This document shows positions 16,266-25,482 of a stretch of DNA of 64,000 nucleotides, piece by piece. Each line of letters begins with the position of its first letter. Positions within the stretch are counted from its first letter, which is position 1. Origin of the DNA: an uncultured Gammaproteobacteria bacterium (GTDB lineage Bacteria; Patescibacteriota; Microgenomatia; Levybacterales; UBA12049); assembly GCA_964553245.1 (NCBI GenBank), contig CAZKJM010000001.1:447555-511554 (forward strand), in the 5' to 3' direction. The translations under genes were made by a program, and so were the position numbers. The notes under the pieces are model-generated. The model saw only the letters and a list, made by a program, of their open reading frames with translations, ran no database searches and was not told the origin of the DNA.

Positions 16266-16279
16266 AGTATATAGCAAAT
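16266..16279 (-). promoter_or_regulatory. Putative extended -10 promoter for the tRNA-Ser(GCT)-tRNA-Ser(TGA) pair
   Basis: Same 14-mer as at 15362-15375. It reads TGCTATATACT on the - strand about 20 nt upstream of the tRNA 5' end. Confidence 0.4.
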
Positions 16280-16324
16280 GGTTAATATAGCTTTGGATAT
16301 TATAACATTTGGAAGCTTAACTTA

Positions 16325-16888
16325 CTATTCAGTTTTGTAAAAATAGACCTTTGCCGGGGTGTGTTCAAAAGAACACATTTCATCATTTGTTAAATGTTCA
16401 AAATATTTCCTCATTGGTCTAAGCGAATTACCGTGAGCAGAAATAAAAATTACATCATTCTTTTTCCAAGTCGGAATCTCTTCATTTAAAAATGACAATA
16501 CTCTTTTTTCAACGTCCTTTATGCATTCGCCTTCAGGCGGGGCAATATCGTAGGACCTATGCCATAAAGCATAGTTTCTTGGATCAGAATTAGAAATATC
16601 GTCTTTATTAAGCCCTGTTAGATTTCCGTAGTCTCTTTCTTTAATTCTAGGATCTTCTAAGATTTCTACATTTTTATGATAATTACTTAAAACTAGTTCT
16701 AGCGTATGTTTTGAGCGGATTTGGTCAGAAGTATAAGCTTTATTTACAGAGATGTCTTTTAATTCATCTCCTATTTTTTTTGCCTCTTCTTCTCCTTCTA
16801 AGGTTAAGTCAACGTCTCTAAAGCCCGAAAAAATATGGTTTTTATTATCTGTTGTTTGTCCATGACGAAAAATGTAAATCTTAGCCAT
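16325..16888 (-). CDS. Histidine phosphatase family protein (phosphoglycerate-mutase-like)
   Basis: N-terminal RHGQT motif (IYIFRHGQTTDN) and internal SAHGNSLR, both typical of the family. Confidence 0.7.
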   Translation of the reverse strand: MAKIYIFRHGQTTDNKNHIFSGFRDVDLTLEGEEEAKKIGDELKDISVNKAYTSDQIRSKHTLELVLSNYHKNVEILEDPRIKERDYGNLTGLNKDDISNSDPRNYALWHRSYDIAPPEGECIKDVEKRVLSFLNEEIPTWKKNDVIFISAHGNSLRPMRKYFEHLTNDEMCSFEHTPAKVYFYKTE

Positions 16889-16927
16889 AAATAAAGTATA
16901 TCGTATTTAGTATATAGTATCTAGTAT

Positions 16928-17620
16928 ATGGCAATTTTGGATTTTTTGTTTCCAAAGAAATGCGTTTTATGTAAAAAAATCGGTAGTTTTCTTTGCCCGG
17001 ATTGCTTTTCCCATCTTTCTTTTGACGTAAAAAGTTTATGCTTAGTTTGTAATAAGCCATCTTTTAATGGGATAACTCACCCGAGTTGTAAGTCTAAATA
17101 TTCAATTGATGGCTGTTTTTCTGCACTTTCTTATAACAAAACTGCAAAAAAACTAATTTATAATTTTAAATATAAACCATACCTAACGGAATTAAAACAG
17201 GTTTTAGGAGATTTATTTTATGAAAGTCTTATTCAAAACGAGGAATTGATGCGACAAATAGGGAATAGCGTATGGTATATGGTTCCGATACCTTTGTCAA
17301 AATTAAAGCTAAGAAAGCGCGGATATAACCAATCGGAAATTTTAGCGAAGGAATTGGCAAAAAAGCTTAATTTTCCGATACATAATTTACTAAACAGAAT
17401 CCGCGATACTAAAACCCAAGTCGGATTAAAAGTGGAGGAAAGAAGACTTAATATTAAAAACGCTTTTCAAGTTAGTAGTCAGGAGTTAGTAGTTAGCAGT
17501 GAGAATGTTTTTCTTGTTGATGATTTAGTAACAACCGGATCAACTCTTTTGGAAGCTGCAAAAGTTCTTAGAAAAGCAGGCGTGAAAAAAGTTATTGGTT
17601 TGACTTTAGCGAGGGATTAA
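16928..17620 (+). CDS. comF: ComF family protein (phosphoribosyltransferase domain)
   Basis: An N-terminal Cys-rich zinc finger (CVLCKK…CPDC…CLVCNKP) and a C-terminal PRTase motif (VFLVDDLVTTGSTL). Confidence 0.7.
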   Translation: MAILDFLFPKKCVLCKKIGSFLCPDCFSHLSFDVKSLCLVCNKPSFNGITHPSCKSKYSIDGCFSALSYNKTAKKLIYNFKYKPYLTELKQVLGDLFYESLIQNEELMRQIGNSVWYMVPIPLSKLKLRKRGYNQSEILAKELAKKLNFPIHNLLNRIRDTKTQVGLKVEERRLNIKNAFQVSSQELVVSSENVFLVDDLVTTGSTLLEAAKVLRKAGVKKVIGLTLARD

Positions 17621-17645
17621 AAAACCTATGAAATTGAACAGAAGA

Positions 17646-17918
17646 TTAAATTAATCGTTTGTTTCGAAAAGCAAAACCAGAATTAGTTTTAAGATATTTT
17701 TCAAAGTCAAGCGCCTTTTCCTTCGAAGAAAAGGATGCGTAAAATACGAGCTTAAATGGTCTAAGATTTTTTGTTGACGATACCATTCCATTTTGATGGT
17801 TTTTTAAGCGCGCTTTTAAATTAGATGTTGAGCCATGGTAAAAAGATTTATCTTTTAATTGGATAATGTAAGCAAAATACACAAATTCAGAATACCAAAA
17901 AATGCCCCACTTCGCCAA
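17646..17918 (-). CDS. Small stand-alone GIY-YIG domain protein (~90 aa), paralogue of 14816-15058
   Basis: The motif FVYFAYIIQLKDKSFYHGSTSNLKARLKNHQNG… aligns with the other copy (…KYLKSGSG/KYLKTNSG…). It lies immediately downstream of the tmRNA. Confidence 0.6.
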   Translation of the reverse strand: MAKWGIFWYSEFVYFAYIIQLKDKSFYHGSTSNLKARLKNHQNGMVSSTKNLRPFKLVFYASFSSKEKALDFEKYLKTNSGFAFRNKRLI

Positions 17919-17998
17919 CTAATTTGTTTAAACTCCGTGATTTAAAGAGGCTTCGTTTGGGGCACTCTTCTCAAACCATGTCATGCACTTATTTTTTA

Positions 17999-18038
17999 GA
18001 AGTGTGGTTTACCACTTCGTAGCTCCGATAAGATCGGA
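17999..18038 (-). other. Two stable hairpins just 3' of the tmRNA (GAAGTG-8nt-CACTTC and CTCCGAT-AAG-ATCGGAG)
   Basis: Perfect inverted repeats were read directly. On the - strand they are followed by an A-tract, not a U-tract, so they are not canonical intrinsic terminators. Confidence 0.4.
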
Positions 18039-18046
18039 GTGAAGAG

Positions 18047-18412
18047 TGGAGATGTCGAGCTATGAACTCGAGTCCAAGAAATTCGTTAAAAAACATCTAC
18101 AAGCTTATTCGATTTTTTAAATTTCGCTTTATTCTTATCCAATCGAAAGGAAAAAATAAAGTTAAGATTAAATAAATTCTATAAGGACCTAATCAACTTC
18201 CTTATTATTTCCCAAACTGTGTTTATGCCTAGATAATCCCGTTTAGGAAAAGATTAAATAGACAGTCTTTTAGTTATATGCGTATAAAGGCATATATGCC
18301 AATTGACTTCTAGAATTACTTCTAGCATTTATTTTTTGACTAGTTTAAAGACATTTAGTCGTTGTCTGCTTGCAGTTTTTAAAGTGCTTTCCTGTCGATG
18401 CAATGCATCCCC
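18047..18412 (-). ncRNA. ssrA: tmRNA (ssrA), ~366 nt
   Basis: The - strand 5' end is GGGGATGCATTGCATCGACAGG, matching the conserved GGGGNUG…UCGACNGG. The 3' end is T-arm TCGAG-TTCATAG-CTCGA followed directly by CATCTCC-A. That acceptor pairs with the 5' GGGGATG, including the G3·U wobble. It lies immediately downstream of smpB. The tag-peptide frame was not resolved by eye. Confidence 0.7.
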
Positions 18413-18448
18413 ATTGAACAGGAATTATACCACTTTGAAGCTAAAGAG

Positions 18449-18889
18449 TCAAATTTTACCCCTCAATTCTTCTTCTATTTCTCGATTTAAATCCCGTCTT
18501 TTTATGGCTTCTTTTTTCTCGTATTTTTTCTTTCCCTTACCAAGTCCAAGCTCAACTTTTATAAAACCGTGCTTAATGTACATTGAAACAGGCACAATTG
18601 CAAGATTTTGTCCATCAGTTTTGCCTTTTAAGGCTGTGATTTCTGCTTTGTGAAGCAAAAGCTTTCTTGTTCTTGCCTGATCATAATCTTTAAGACTTGC
18701 GTATTCATATGGAAAAATTTTAGCATTAACTAAGTATGCTTCGCTTCCTTGAATCTTGACAAAGCTTCCTGTTAAATCCGCATGCCCATTTTTAACTGCT
18801 TTTACTTCATAGCCATACAAGTTTATTCCGGCTTCAATCCGGTCTTGAAGTGAATAATCATAGTTAGCGCGCTTATTAAGAATTCTCAT
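18449..18889 (-). CDS. smpB: SsrA-binding protein SmpB
   Basis: Conserved SmpB sequence (NKRANYDY…GYEVKAVK…LLLHK…) followed by a basic C-terminal tail. Confidence 0.85.
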   Translation of the reverse strand: MRILNKRANYDYSLQDRIEAGINLYGYEVKAVKNGHADLTGSFVKIQGSEAYLVNAKIFPYEYASLKDYDQARTRKLLLHKAEITALKGKTDGQNLAIVPVSMYIKHGFIKVELGLGKGKKKYEKKEAIKRRDLNREIEEELRGKI

Positions 18890-18937
18890 GGTTCGATTTC
18901 ACTCACCATAATACGGCAAAGAAAGGGAAAAGTAAAA

Positions 18938-20779
18938 TTATTTTAAATCTATTTCGTAGATTTTGCCGGAGGATAGCACCAGAACTTTTTTATCGTTTTC
19001 CAAAACTTCAAATTCTTTTGCAGAGGATAAAATATTTGATGAATATTGTTCTTTATAATTTCCATTTTTTTCTAAAACAACGATTCTTGAATTACCATTG
19101 TCTAAAACATAAACATAATCAGAATCTACGTCGGTATAAATTTTGCTAGGGTTGGAAAGCGGGGAATCAACCCCGGTTAAATTAAATGCGTCTGCCTTTC
19201 CTTTGGTGAATTTAAGAATTGTTCCATCAGAAAGAAGGATCCAGATTGATCCATCTATTGCAATTGATTTTGCATTTTTTAGATCTGGTTCGGAATCGGT
19301 AAAATAATTTATTTGTCCGAATCCCTCGGATCCTCCTACAAACTTTATAACCCCGCCTTTTGTTTTATCCAAAACATAAATGTTGCTTAAGTATGGAAAA
19401 ACTCCTACAGGGTTTTTCCAGTAATCTTCATTTTTGATGATTTCTTTTGTGTTTTCTTTTCCTTTGGTTGTAGAATAAACACCGTCTTTGTCTATGGAAT
19501 AAATATTACTACTGTCTTTTGCAAAAGCAACAGCTTTGGATTCTTCAACGAATTTTAAGAATTCACTTTGGTCTTTTCCAACCTCTTTTGCCTTAACAGT
19601 GTTTATCTTAGAGGTATTTTTAACGGATTCTTCTATTTTTACCAGTAATTCAAGAATTTGTTGTTCCTCTTTGGAATTTTTATCAAATTTTTCTTTTCCA
19701 TCTTCCAGGATTTTTTTAGCCGAAACAAAACTATCCCTTGCCAAATTCTGATTTAAGTCCTCAAGGCTTTTTCCTTCGTCGTATTTTTTAAGAGCAACAG
19801 GATAAACTTGTTCAAAAAGAGCTTTTGTTTTAGCTTCGTTTTGTTTATTAATTGCAAAAATAATACTCGTAATCAAAACAACCAAAATAATTACAGTAAT
19901 TGAAAGATACATTCTTTTTGAGTGACTTAAGCTTATTGGTTTTTTTGGAACGATTTTTTTAAGAAAGGATGCTAGGAAAACATTTACGCTTCCTAATATT
20001 GCAAACTTATTGTAAGAAACCGTTTTTACAGGAGCTTCTTTTATGAGCTCTTCTTCGAGTGTTCTGTCTTCTTCGGATTCTTTTTTGTACTCCTCTTCAG
20101 CGCTAACTTCTTGTTCATCTTTTGGAACTTCTTTAAAGCTCATAATTATAGAAGCTGCTCCGCCTTCGTTGTGTCTGTGAATAATCGGCGCTAAAGTTTC
20201 AGCTATTTCATTTGGCGGGAGATTGTCCAAAATAGATGTTAATTTTTCTGAGGGGACAAGGTTTGAAAATTGGTTTGTTTCCAAAATCACAATATCGTTT
20301 TCCATAACATAACCTGACGCGCCTTTAATATTATTCTCCTCGTCTTTTGCTAGATTAAGGATTAGTCCGAAATTATTGTTTCTTTTTAAATAAATTTTTC
20401 CAGAGCCGAATACAAAAACATATAAAACGTTTTTTGCCAATGAGGTAATTACAAAAGAAGATCGTATGTTCTCCGGAATTTTTTTTGAGGTTGCTATGAT
20501 GGCATTTTTTACCGAATCAAGATTTTTATCTTCTAAGGCAAAATACTCGCTTTCTAGAGTGTCTAAGACTTCTTTTCCCAAAATTGCCAGAAAATCTTTA
20601 TCTTCTATTTTATCTTCTAAGGATTCTTCTGGATTTTCACCCTTTGTCTCTTTTTCTAAAGAAATAACTGCAAAAAGTTTCCCTGCATTGTATGCTTGTG
20701 CCCAAGAAGTAGTGTTTGGATTAGCAACTATTTTTGCAAAATTTATATTCGAGTCAGGCATTAATTTATAATATAACAA
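18938..20779 (-). CDS. Hypothetical single-pass membrane protein with a large N-terminal cytoplasmic domain, one TM helix (ISLSHSKRMYLSITVIILVVLITSIIFAI) and a C-terminal beta-propeller-like repeat region (NHL/YVTN-like)
   Basis: The C-terminal ~200 aa carry repeated strands such as YSIDKDGVY, IYVLDKTKG, IWILLSDG and YVYVLDNGNSRIVVL. The N-terminal domain is unassigned. Confidence 0.4.
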   Translation of the reverse strand: MLYYKLMPDSNINFAKIVANPNTTSWAQAYNAGKLFAVISLEKETKGENPEESLEDKIEDKDFLAILGKEVLDTLESEYFALEDKNLDSVKNAIIATSKKIPENIRSSFVITSLAKNVLYVFVFGSGKIYLKRNNNFGLILNLAKDEENNIKGASGYVMENDIVILETNQFSNLVPSEKLTSILDNLPPNEIAETLAPIIHRHNEGGAASIIMSFKEVPKDEQEVSAEEEYKKESEEDRTLEEELIKEAPVKTVSYNKFAILGSVNVFLASFLKKIVPKKPISLSHSKRMYLSITVIILVVLITSIIFAINKQNEAKTKALFEQVYPVALKKYDEGKSLEDLNQNLARDSFVSAKKILEDGKEKFDKNSKEEQQILELLVKIEESVKNTSKINTVKAKEVGKDQSEFLKFVEESKAVAFAKDSSNIYSIDKDGVYSTTKGKENTKEIIKNEDYWKNPVGVFPYLSNIYVLDKTKGGVIKFVGGSEGFGQINYFTDSEPDLKNAKSIAIDGSIWILLSDGTILKFTKGKADAFNLTGVDSPLSNPSKIYTDVDSDYVYVLDNGNSRIVVLEKNGNYKEQYSSNILSSAKEFEVLENDKKVLVLSSGKIYEIDLK

Positions 20780-21002
20780 TTGCTGTTAAGAAAAGCAAAA
20801 TCGCAAAAATAATATTAATCAAAGAAATTAAAACTAAAATGAATGATGACTGGGATTGTTCAACGACATTGTTCATAATTTTTACCCTTTTAAAAATAAT
20901 AAAAGAAAAAACGACATAAAAAAAGATCAGGATTACGATCCCAATTTTTATAAAAACAAACGGGTTTTGAAATGGATATAATATTATTTGTTCACTCTGC
21001 AT
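20766..21002 (-). CDS. Small hydrophobic membrane protein (78 aa, two TM helices)
   Basis: Short ORF that overlaps both neighbours by a few nt. Composition is strongly hydrophobic. Confidence 0.35.
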   Translation of the reverse strand: MQSEQIILYPFQNPFVFIKIGIVILIFFYVVFSFIIFKRVKIMNNVVEQSQSSFILVLISLINIIFAILLFLTAIVIL

Positions 21003-21846
21003 CGGAAGATCCTCCTATTAAGTCTTCTAAAATATTAACAACTCTTTCTGGTTTTGGAATAGAGATAAAATCAAATCTTAAAGATTTTCCTGCGGTTTCT
21101 GCGTATACATTGCCAAATCCAAAAAAAGACCCAAAAAAACCTGACTGAACATAATTAACACTCTCGATTAGGTTAAGTTTTGTCATTGAAACATCATGAT
21201 AAATAACATCTTGAAAGCAAATATCAACGAGCTTTTTGTTTGTTATAAGAGAAACATTGTAATACCAAGTAATAAAGTTAATAAACATGTAGGCAAAAAC
21301 AATTAGGTAGTAAAAAGAAATATAAATTAAAAGACTTGATGAAGAAATCGAAAAAATAAATGATATATCAGTGAGGTTAAACACAAAAGCTATTAGGAAT
21401 GGAGAAATAAGCAGAATAATACTTAAAAATACCCACGGGGTATTGGTGATAAAATGCCTTCTTAAGAGCAGTAAAATTTCCTCATCCTCATCTTGTTCGT
21501 TGTAGTGTAGTCCTCTTGGGTTTACTCTAAAAGCACTAAGTAATCCCGGAGGATTAGAGATTTTGGTTTTCTCAATTTTTTTCGAGGTTGTTTTTTTACC
21601 TGAGATGTCATCCAGTAATTTGCTAGAATGAATGTGCTTAGCAGTATTATCTAAAACTTCTTTTCCGTGAAGCATCACAGAATGTTCTTCTTCTTTAATT
21701 AATTTTCTTTTGGATTCCCTTTTTAGTTCATCTGGTTCTTTTTTATTTGCTATGAATATGTCTGGCATATGATTAAATTTTAAATTCAAAATTTTTATTT
21801 CCAAATCGGTTTTATCGTCTTTCCACATTATACAACGGTCCGACAA
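20992..21846 (-). CDS. Membrane protein with a bacterial PH-like domain (YdbT/bPH_2-like), tentative
   Basis: Two adjacent TM helices (WVFLSIILLISPFLIAFVF…LLIYISFYYLIVFAYMFINFI) are followed by a ~100-aa soluble domain. No catalytic motifs. Confidence 0.35.
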   Translation of the reverse strand: MSDRCIMWKDDKTDLEIKILNLKFNHMPDIFIANKKEPDELKRESKRKLIKEEEHSVMLHGKEVLDNTAKHIHSSKLLDDISGKKTTSKKIEKTKISNPPGLLSAFRVNPRGLHYNEQDEDEEILLLLRRHFITNTPWVFLSIILLISPFLIAFVFNLTDISFIFSISSSSLLIYISFYYLIVFAYMFINFITWYYNVSLITNKKLVDICFQDVIYHDVSMTKLNLIESVNYVQSGFFGSFFGFGNVYAETAGKSLRFDFISIPKPERVVNILEDLIGGSSDAE

Positions 21847-23509
21847 TTTGAATATTCGCAGGAGCTCTTAAGTTAAACCAATTTTTAAATTCAGAAGCAT
21901 CAAATGATTTTGAACCCGCGTCCCCAGAGAGGTTTATTGAATTTGTTTTTCCCGATCCGAAATCAACGCTTACAGAGACATCAGAGATGCTATTAAACGG
22001 TGTAATTCCTTTTGTTTTTAACTCCTGTTTTACTCGATCTTCGTTCCAGACTTCGCCTCCATAGGGATGTGACTTATCTGTTTGATAAAGATGATCGCTA
22101 GATGATGAATCTGCTTTTGCCAAGAGGATTACATTGACAATATCAGCAACTTCCGTTTGTTTTAACCAAGCTGTTTTATTGTAATTTGCCCTAGACCCCC
22201 AGTCGCAATAAAACCAGGGAGATTCTTTATCATAGGCGCGTTCATTTAATTCTGCAAAGCTTGTTGGGTTACCCCCAGATCCATCAAACTTACCTAAATT
22301 TTGAATATATCCTCCGTGAGTTGATGCATATTGCGTAAATCCTGGAGATCCACCGTCTATAAGGACCCAGCCTTTAGTTGACTCAACCGCTGTTTCCCAA
22401 TTGCCGCCTTTTGGATCCGGCTTAAAAACTTGGCATTGTTCGGTTGTACAAATTTGATTTGCTCCGTTATTGGTTGATCGAAGGGCGTAAGTTCTGGCGG
22501 CTACAGCTTGCGCTTTTAACACAGCTAAATTATTGTCTGTCCATGAATCAGGAACTTCGTAAATTCTTTTTACATAATCCTCAATTGATCCGGACCAACC
22601 GGTAGTCGTTGTTATTTGAATATTTTGATCATAATCCTTTCTAAGCGTCATTCCCGGATAATATTCCTGAAGAATTTGCTCTTCATTTTGTCCTGATTTT
22701 GCTCTTCCCCAAGCGCCATATTGATTTAATCCATTCCTATGTGGTGCTCCATAAGTAAAAAACGCAATCCTTGGAGAAAACCCTGGATCGATATCTCGAT
22801 CATCAGTACATCCACGCGCAGAGGTACCTGCAGATCTTGGAATATTAAGGCTTCCTAATTTTTGTGCCAATAATTGTTTTTGTTTTTCGGAAAGTTCGGC
22901 GATTTGTGAAGATAATTTAGACTGATATTCTTTTGCCCCACTCACTACTTTGTCCAGCTTTGCAGATTGTTCATCTAAATTTGTCCTTGCTAGGGTAAGA
23001 CGTTTTTGCTCATCTTCAAGCTGCAGCTTTTTTGTTTCCAAGTCTTCTATTACCAAAGCGATGTTGGTAATAATCAACTTATCTTGATCTGTTGCTGCTT
23101 TTTGATACGCTAAAATCTGCGTTATATCGGAAGCCTTCGAGGAAGAAAGAAATATTAAAATAGGAGAATAATAATAGCTTTTAATATAATAATCGTTTAT
23201 TGCCTTATAAAGAATTTTTTCTTGTTTTTCCAAATCCTTGTAGCCTTGATCTATTTTTATTTTTTTATTAGCAACGTCACTTTCTATAGCTGTAATTCTT
23301 GTTTTTATGCCGTCAATTTCTTTTTTTAAACTATTTAATTCCGATTCAAGCGGCTGTGTTGCTTTAACAGATTGATCCAAAGCTGCGGTCAAGTCATTTA
23401 TTTGTTTTGTAATATCATCTAACTCATCGGAAAAAGTTTTGGGTAAGTTATTAAAGACAAGCGTAATCACTAGTAATAAAAAGAAGAATATTGAAAGGAG
23501 TTTTTTCAT
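21812..23509 (-). CDS. SpoIID/LytB-domain peptidoglycan hydrolase with an N-terminal signal peptide and a long coiled coil
   Basis: The C-terminal region contains the SpoIID signature (AVLKAQAVAARTYALRS…GGYIQNLG…). The N-terminal ~230 aa are heptad-rich (LESELNSLKKEIDGIKTRITAIESD…), like the coiled coils of EnvC/PcsB. Confidence 0.7.
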   Translation of the reverse strand: MKKLLSIFFFLLLVITLVFNNLPKTFSDELDDITKQINDLTAALDQSVKATQPLESELNSLKKEIDGIKTRITAIESDVANKKIKIDQGYKDLEKQEKILYKAINDYYIKSYYYSPILIFLSSSKASDITQILAYQKAATDQDKLIITNIALVIEDLETKKLQLEDEQKRLTLARTNLDEQSAKLDKVVSGAKEYQSKLSSQIAELSEKQKQLLAQKLGSLNIPRSAGTSARGCTDDRDIDPGFSPRIAFFTYGAPHRNGLNQYGAWGRAKSGQNEEQILQEYYPGMTLRKDYDQNIQITTTTGWSGSIEDYVKRIYEVPDSWTDNNLAVLKAQAVAARTYALRSTNNGANQICTTEQCQVFKPDPKGGNWETAVESTKGWVLIDGGSPGFTQYASTHGGYIQNLGKFDGSGGNPTSFAELNERAYDKESPWFYCDWGSRANYNKTAWLKQTEVADIVNVILLAKADSSSSDHLYQTDKSHPYGGEVWNEDRVKQELKTKGITPFNSISDVSVSVDFGSGKTNSINLSGDAGSKSFDASEFKNWFNLRAPANIQIVGPLYNVERR

Positions 23510-23577
23510 GGCTATGTAATTATAACAGATATAATTATGCCCTATTTCTTTTTTAAAAAAACTGTTATCATTTTTTA

Positions 23578-23832
23578 ATGAGCAAAAGGCAAAACTCCTT
23601 TTTAAACGTACTTTCTCAATTCTTACTGCCCTTTTTTACCGTATTGGGATTTTTGTTTACATCTTTTAAGATTCCTCAATGGGGATTAATCTTTAATCTT
23701 ATTGCTCAAGTTTTTTGGTTGTATTCCGGATGGCAAGCTTGGAAAAAAGCAAATCAAATCGGAATATTTATTGCTTCAGTAATGATCACAATAATTGTTG
23801 CATACGGGGTTTTAAATTATTGGGTTTTTTAA
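23578..23832 (+). CDS. Small membrane protein (84 aa, 3 TM)
   Basis: Hydrophobic ORF with a Trp-rich loop. Confidence 0.35.
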   Translation: MSKRQNSFLNVLSQFLLPFFTVLGFLFTSFKIPQWGLIFNLIAQVFWLYSGWQAWKKANQIGIFIASVMITIIVAYGVLNYWVF

Positions 23833-23839
23833 CAACGTC

Positions 23840-23870
23840 TTCTTGAAAAAAGGATTTTTTATGCTATACT
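23840..23870 (+). promoter_or_regulatory. Putative sigma-70 promoter TTGAAA-16-TGCTATACT (extended -10) for the LytR_C gene
   Basis: ttgaaaaaaggattttttatgctatact at 23843-23870. A GGGG RBS follows, then the ATG at 23890. Confidence 0.45.
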
Positions 23871-23889
23871 GCTTGTAGATTTAGGGGTT

Positions 23890-24477
23890 ATGGAAGATAC
23901 TGTATTTCAGGAACCTTCTCAGACATTTCCTGCTCCCCGAAGACGAAATCAAAAACGCCTAGCTCTTTTTATTGTTGCGGTTTTAATTATTGTCATTTTT
24001 ACGATATTTATCTCTTTAGCAAACTCCGGCAAGCAAAATCAAAATGAGGAAAAACTGACACCAACTCCTACGGTTGAAAAAATAACAGATACACCTACTC
24101 CAACCCCGGAGGAAGAAACCACTCCAACTCCTGAAGAAACAAAAACCCCAACCCCAAAACCTACCAATAATCCGATTGATAAAACAACAGGACTTGATAG
24201 AAGTGAGTTATCGGTTGCGGTGGAAAACGGAAGTGGGGAAGCAGGTGTTGCTGGTAAGGCAGCGGGAATCTTAAAAGAGTTAGGTTATAAAATTGCATCT
24301 ACAGGAAACGCGGATAATTACGACTATCAGAACGTGACAATAAAAGTAAAAAGCAGCAAAAGTGATTACATAACTCTTTTAAAAACCGATTTGGGGAAAA
24401 ACTATACAGTTGGCGAAGCTTCAAGCGATCTCTCCGCATCGGTTTCCGCAGATGCTTTGGTTATTGTTGGAAAGTAA
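23890..24477 (+). CDS. LytR_C (LytR cell-envelope-related C-terminal) domain protein with an N-terminal TM and a Pro/Thr-rich linker
   Basis: LytR_C pattern: LSVAVENGSGEAGVAGKAAGILKELGYKIASTGNADNYDYQNVTIK. The linker is PTPTVEKITDTPTPTPEEETTPTPEETKTPTPKPT. Confidence 0.6.
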   Translation: MEDTVFQEPSQTFPAPRRRNQKRLALFIVAVLIIVIFTIFISLANSGKQNQNEEKLTPTPTVEKITDTPTPTPEEETTPTPEETKTPTPKPTNNPIDKTTGLDRSELSVAVENGSGEAGVAGKAAGILKELGYKIASTGNADNYDYQNVTIKVKSSKSDYITLLKTDLGKNYTVGEASSDLSASVSADALVIVGK

Positions 24478-24531
24478 AAAACAAACAACTTTACTATTGC
24501 CCAAAAACAATCTTTGAAGTATAAATAAGAT

Positions 24532-25482
24532 ATGAATAATGTATTTGATCTTATTGCCGTTGGCAATGCTACAGTTGATCTTTTTTTAACAATTCACGAC
24601 GAGAACAAGCACTTTCATTTAAACGAAGAAAAAGAACTTTGTGTAAAATACGCAGACAAAATATTGGTTGATAATGCCAAGTTTTTACTTGGCGGAAACG
24701 CATGTAACGTTGCGGTTGGACTTAAGAGGTTAGGGTTTAAAACAGCAATTGTCGCAGAAATAGGACAAGATGAATTTTCCAAAAAAATAATGAATGGTCT
24801 TAAAAAAGAAGAGGTAGATGATAGTTTAATTATAAAATCAAACAATGAAATATCGCCGTTCTCGATAATTTTAAACTACAAAAAAGAAAGGACAATTTTT
24901 TCCGAAAATACGGAAAAAGACCACGATTTCGATTTTAAGGATTTTTCCTCCAACTTTATTTATTTAACTTCTCTTGGAAAAAAATGGATGGATGCTTATG
25001 ATAAAACATTGGATTTTGCAAAAAGAAAAAATGCAAAAATAATTTTTAATCCCGGAACGCCGCAAATAGATGCCGGAGAAAATCATATTTCAAAAATTTT
25101 AGAAAATACGGATATTTTAATAGTTAACAAAGAAGAAGCAGAGAAAATAGTAAATACTGATAAAGAAGCAATGAAGGACTTATTAAGGAGATTAAAAGAG
25201 CATGGTCCGAGAATTGTGGCAATAACAGATGGGCTTAATGGAGCATACTGTATAGATGAAAATGAACAAATTTATTACCAGCCAATAACAGAAGCAGAAA
25301 TTGTGGAAAGAACCGGGGCTGGAGACTCTTTTTCTTCTGGTTTTGTTGCAGCGTTAATGCATAAAAAAACCATAAAAGAAGCGATGCATTGGGGAAGCCA
25401 TAATGCAGCATCTGTAGTTAGAAAAGTTGGCGCACAACAGGGATTATTAAAAAAATTAGAAATGGAAGAGCTGCTAAAATGA
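24532..25482 (+). CDS. PfkB-family carbohydrate kinase (ribokinase/5-dehydro-2-deoxygluconokinase-like)
   Basis: N-terminal GG motif (LLGGNACNVAVGLKRLG) and C-terminal GAGDSF anion hole (GAGDSFSSGFVAAL). Confidence 0.75.
   Translation: MNNVFDLIAVGNATVDLFLTIHDENKHFHLNEEKELCVKYADKILVDNAKFLLGGNACNVAVGLKRLGFKTAIVAEIGQDEFSKKIMNGLKKEEVDDSLIIKSNNEISPFSIILNYKKERTIFSENTEKDHDFDFKDFSSNFIYLTSLGKKWMDAYDKTLDFAKRKNAKIIFNPGTPQIDAGENHISKILENTDILIVNKEEAEKIVNTDKEAMKDLLRRLKEHGPRIVAITDGLNGAYCIDENEQIYYQPITEAEIVERTGAGDSFSSGFVAALMHKKTIKEAMHWGSHNAASVVRKVGAQQGLLKKLEMEELLK

Noticed and set aside
16049-16267. 72-aa track ORF on the + strand
   Set aside because: It is the antisense of tRNA-Ser(TGA) and tRNA-Ser(GCT), and the GC-rich tRNA sequence merely creates an open frame.
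17999-18038. Hairpins after the tmRNA as rho-independent terminators
   Set aside because: On the tmRNA strand they are followed by an A-tract rather than a U-tract, and on the other strand the T-tract precedes the stem. I therefore keep them only as 'stable hairpins'.
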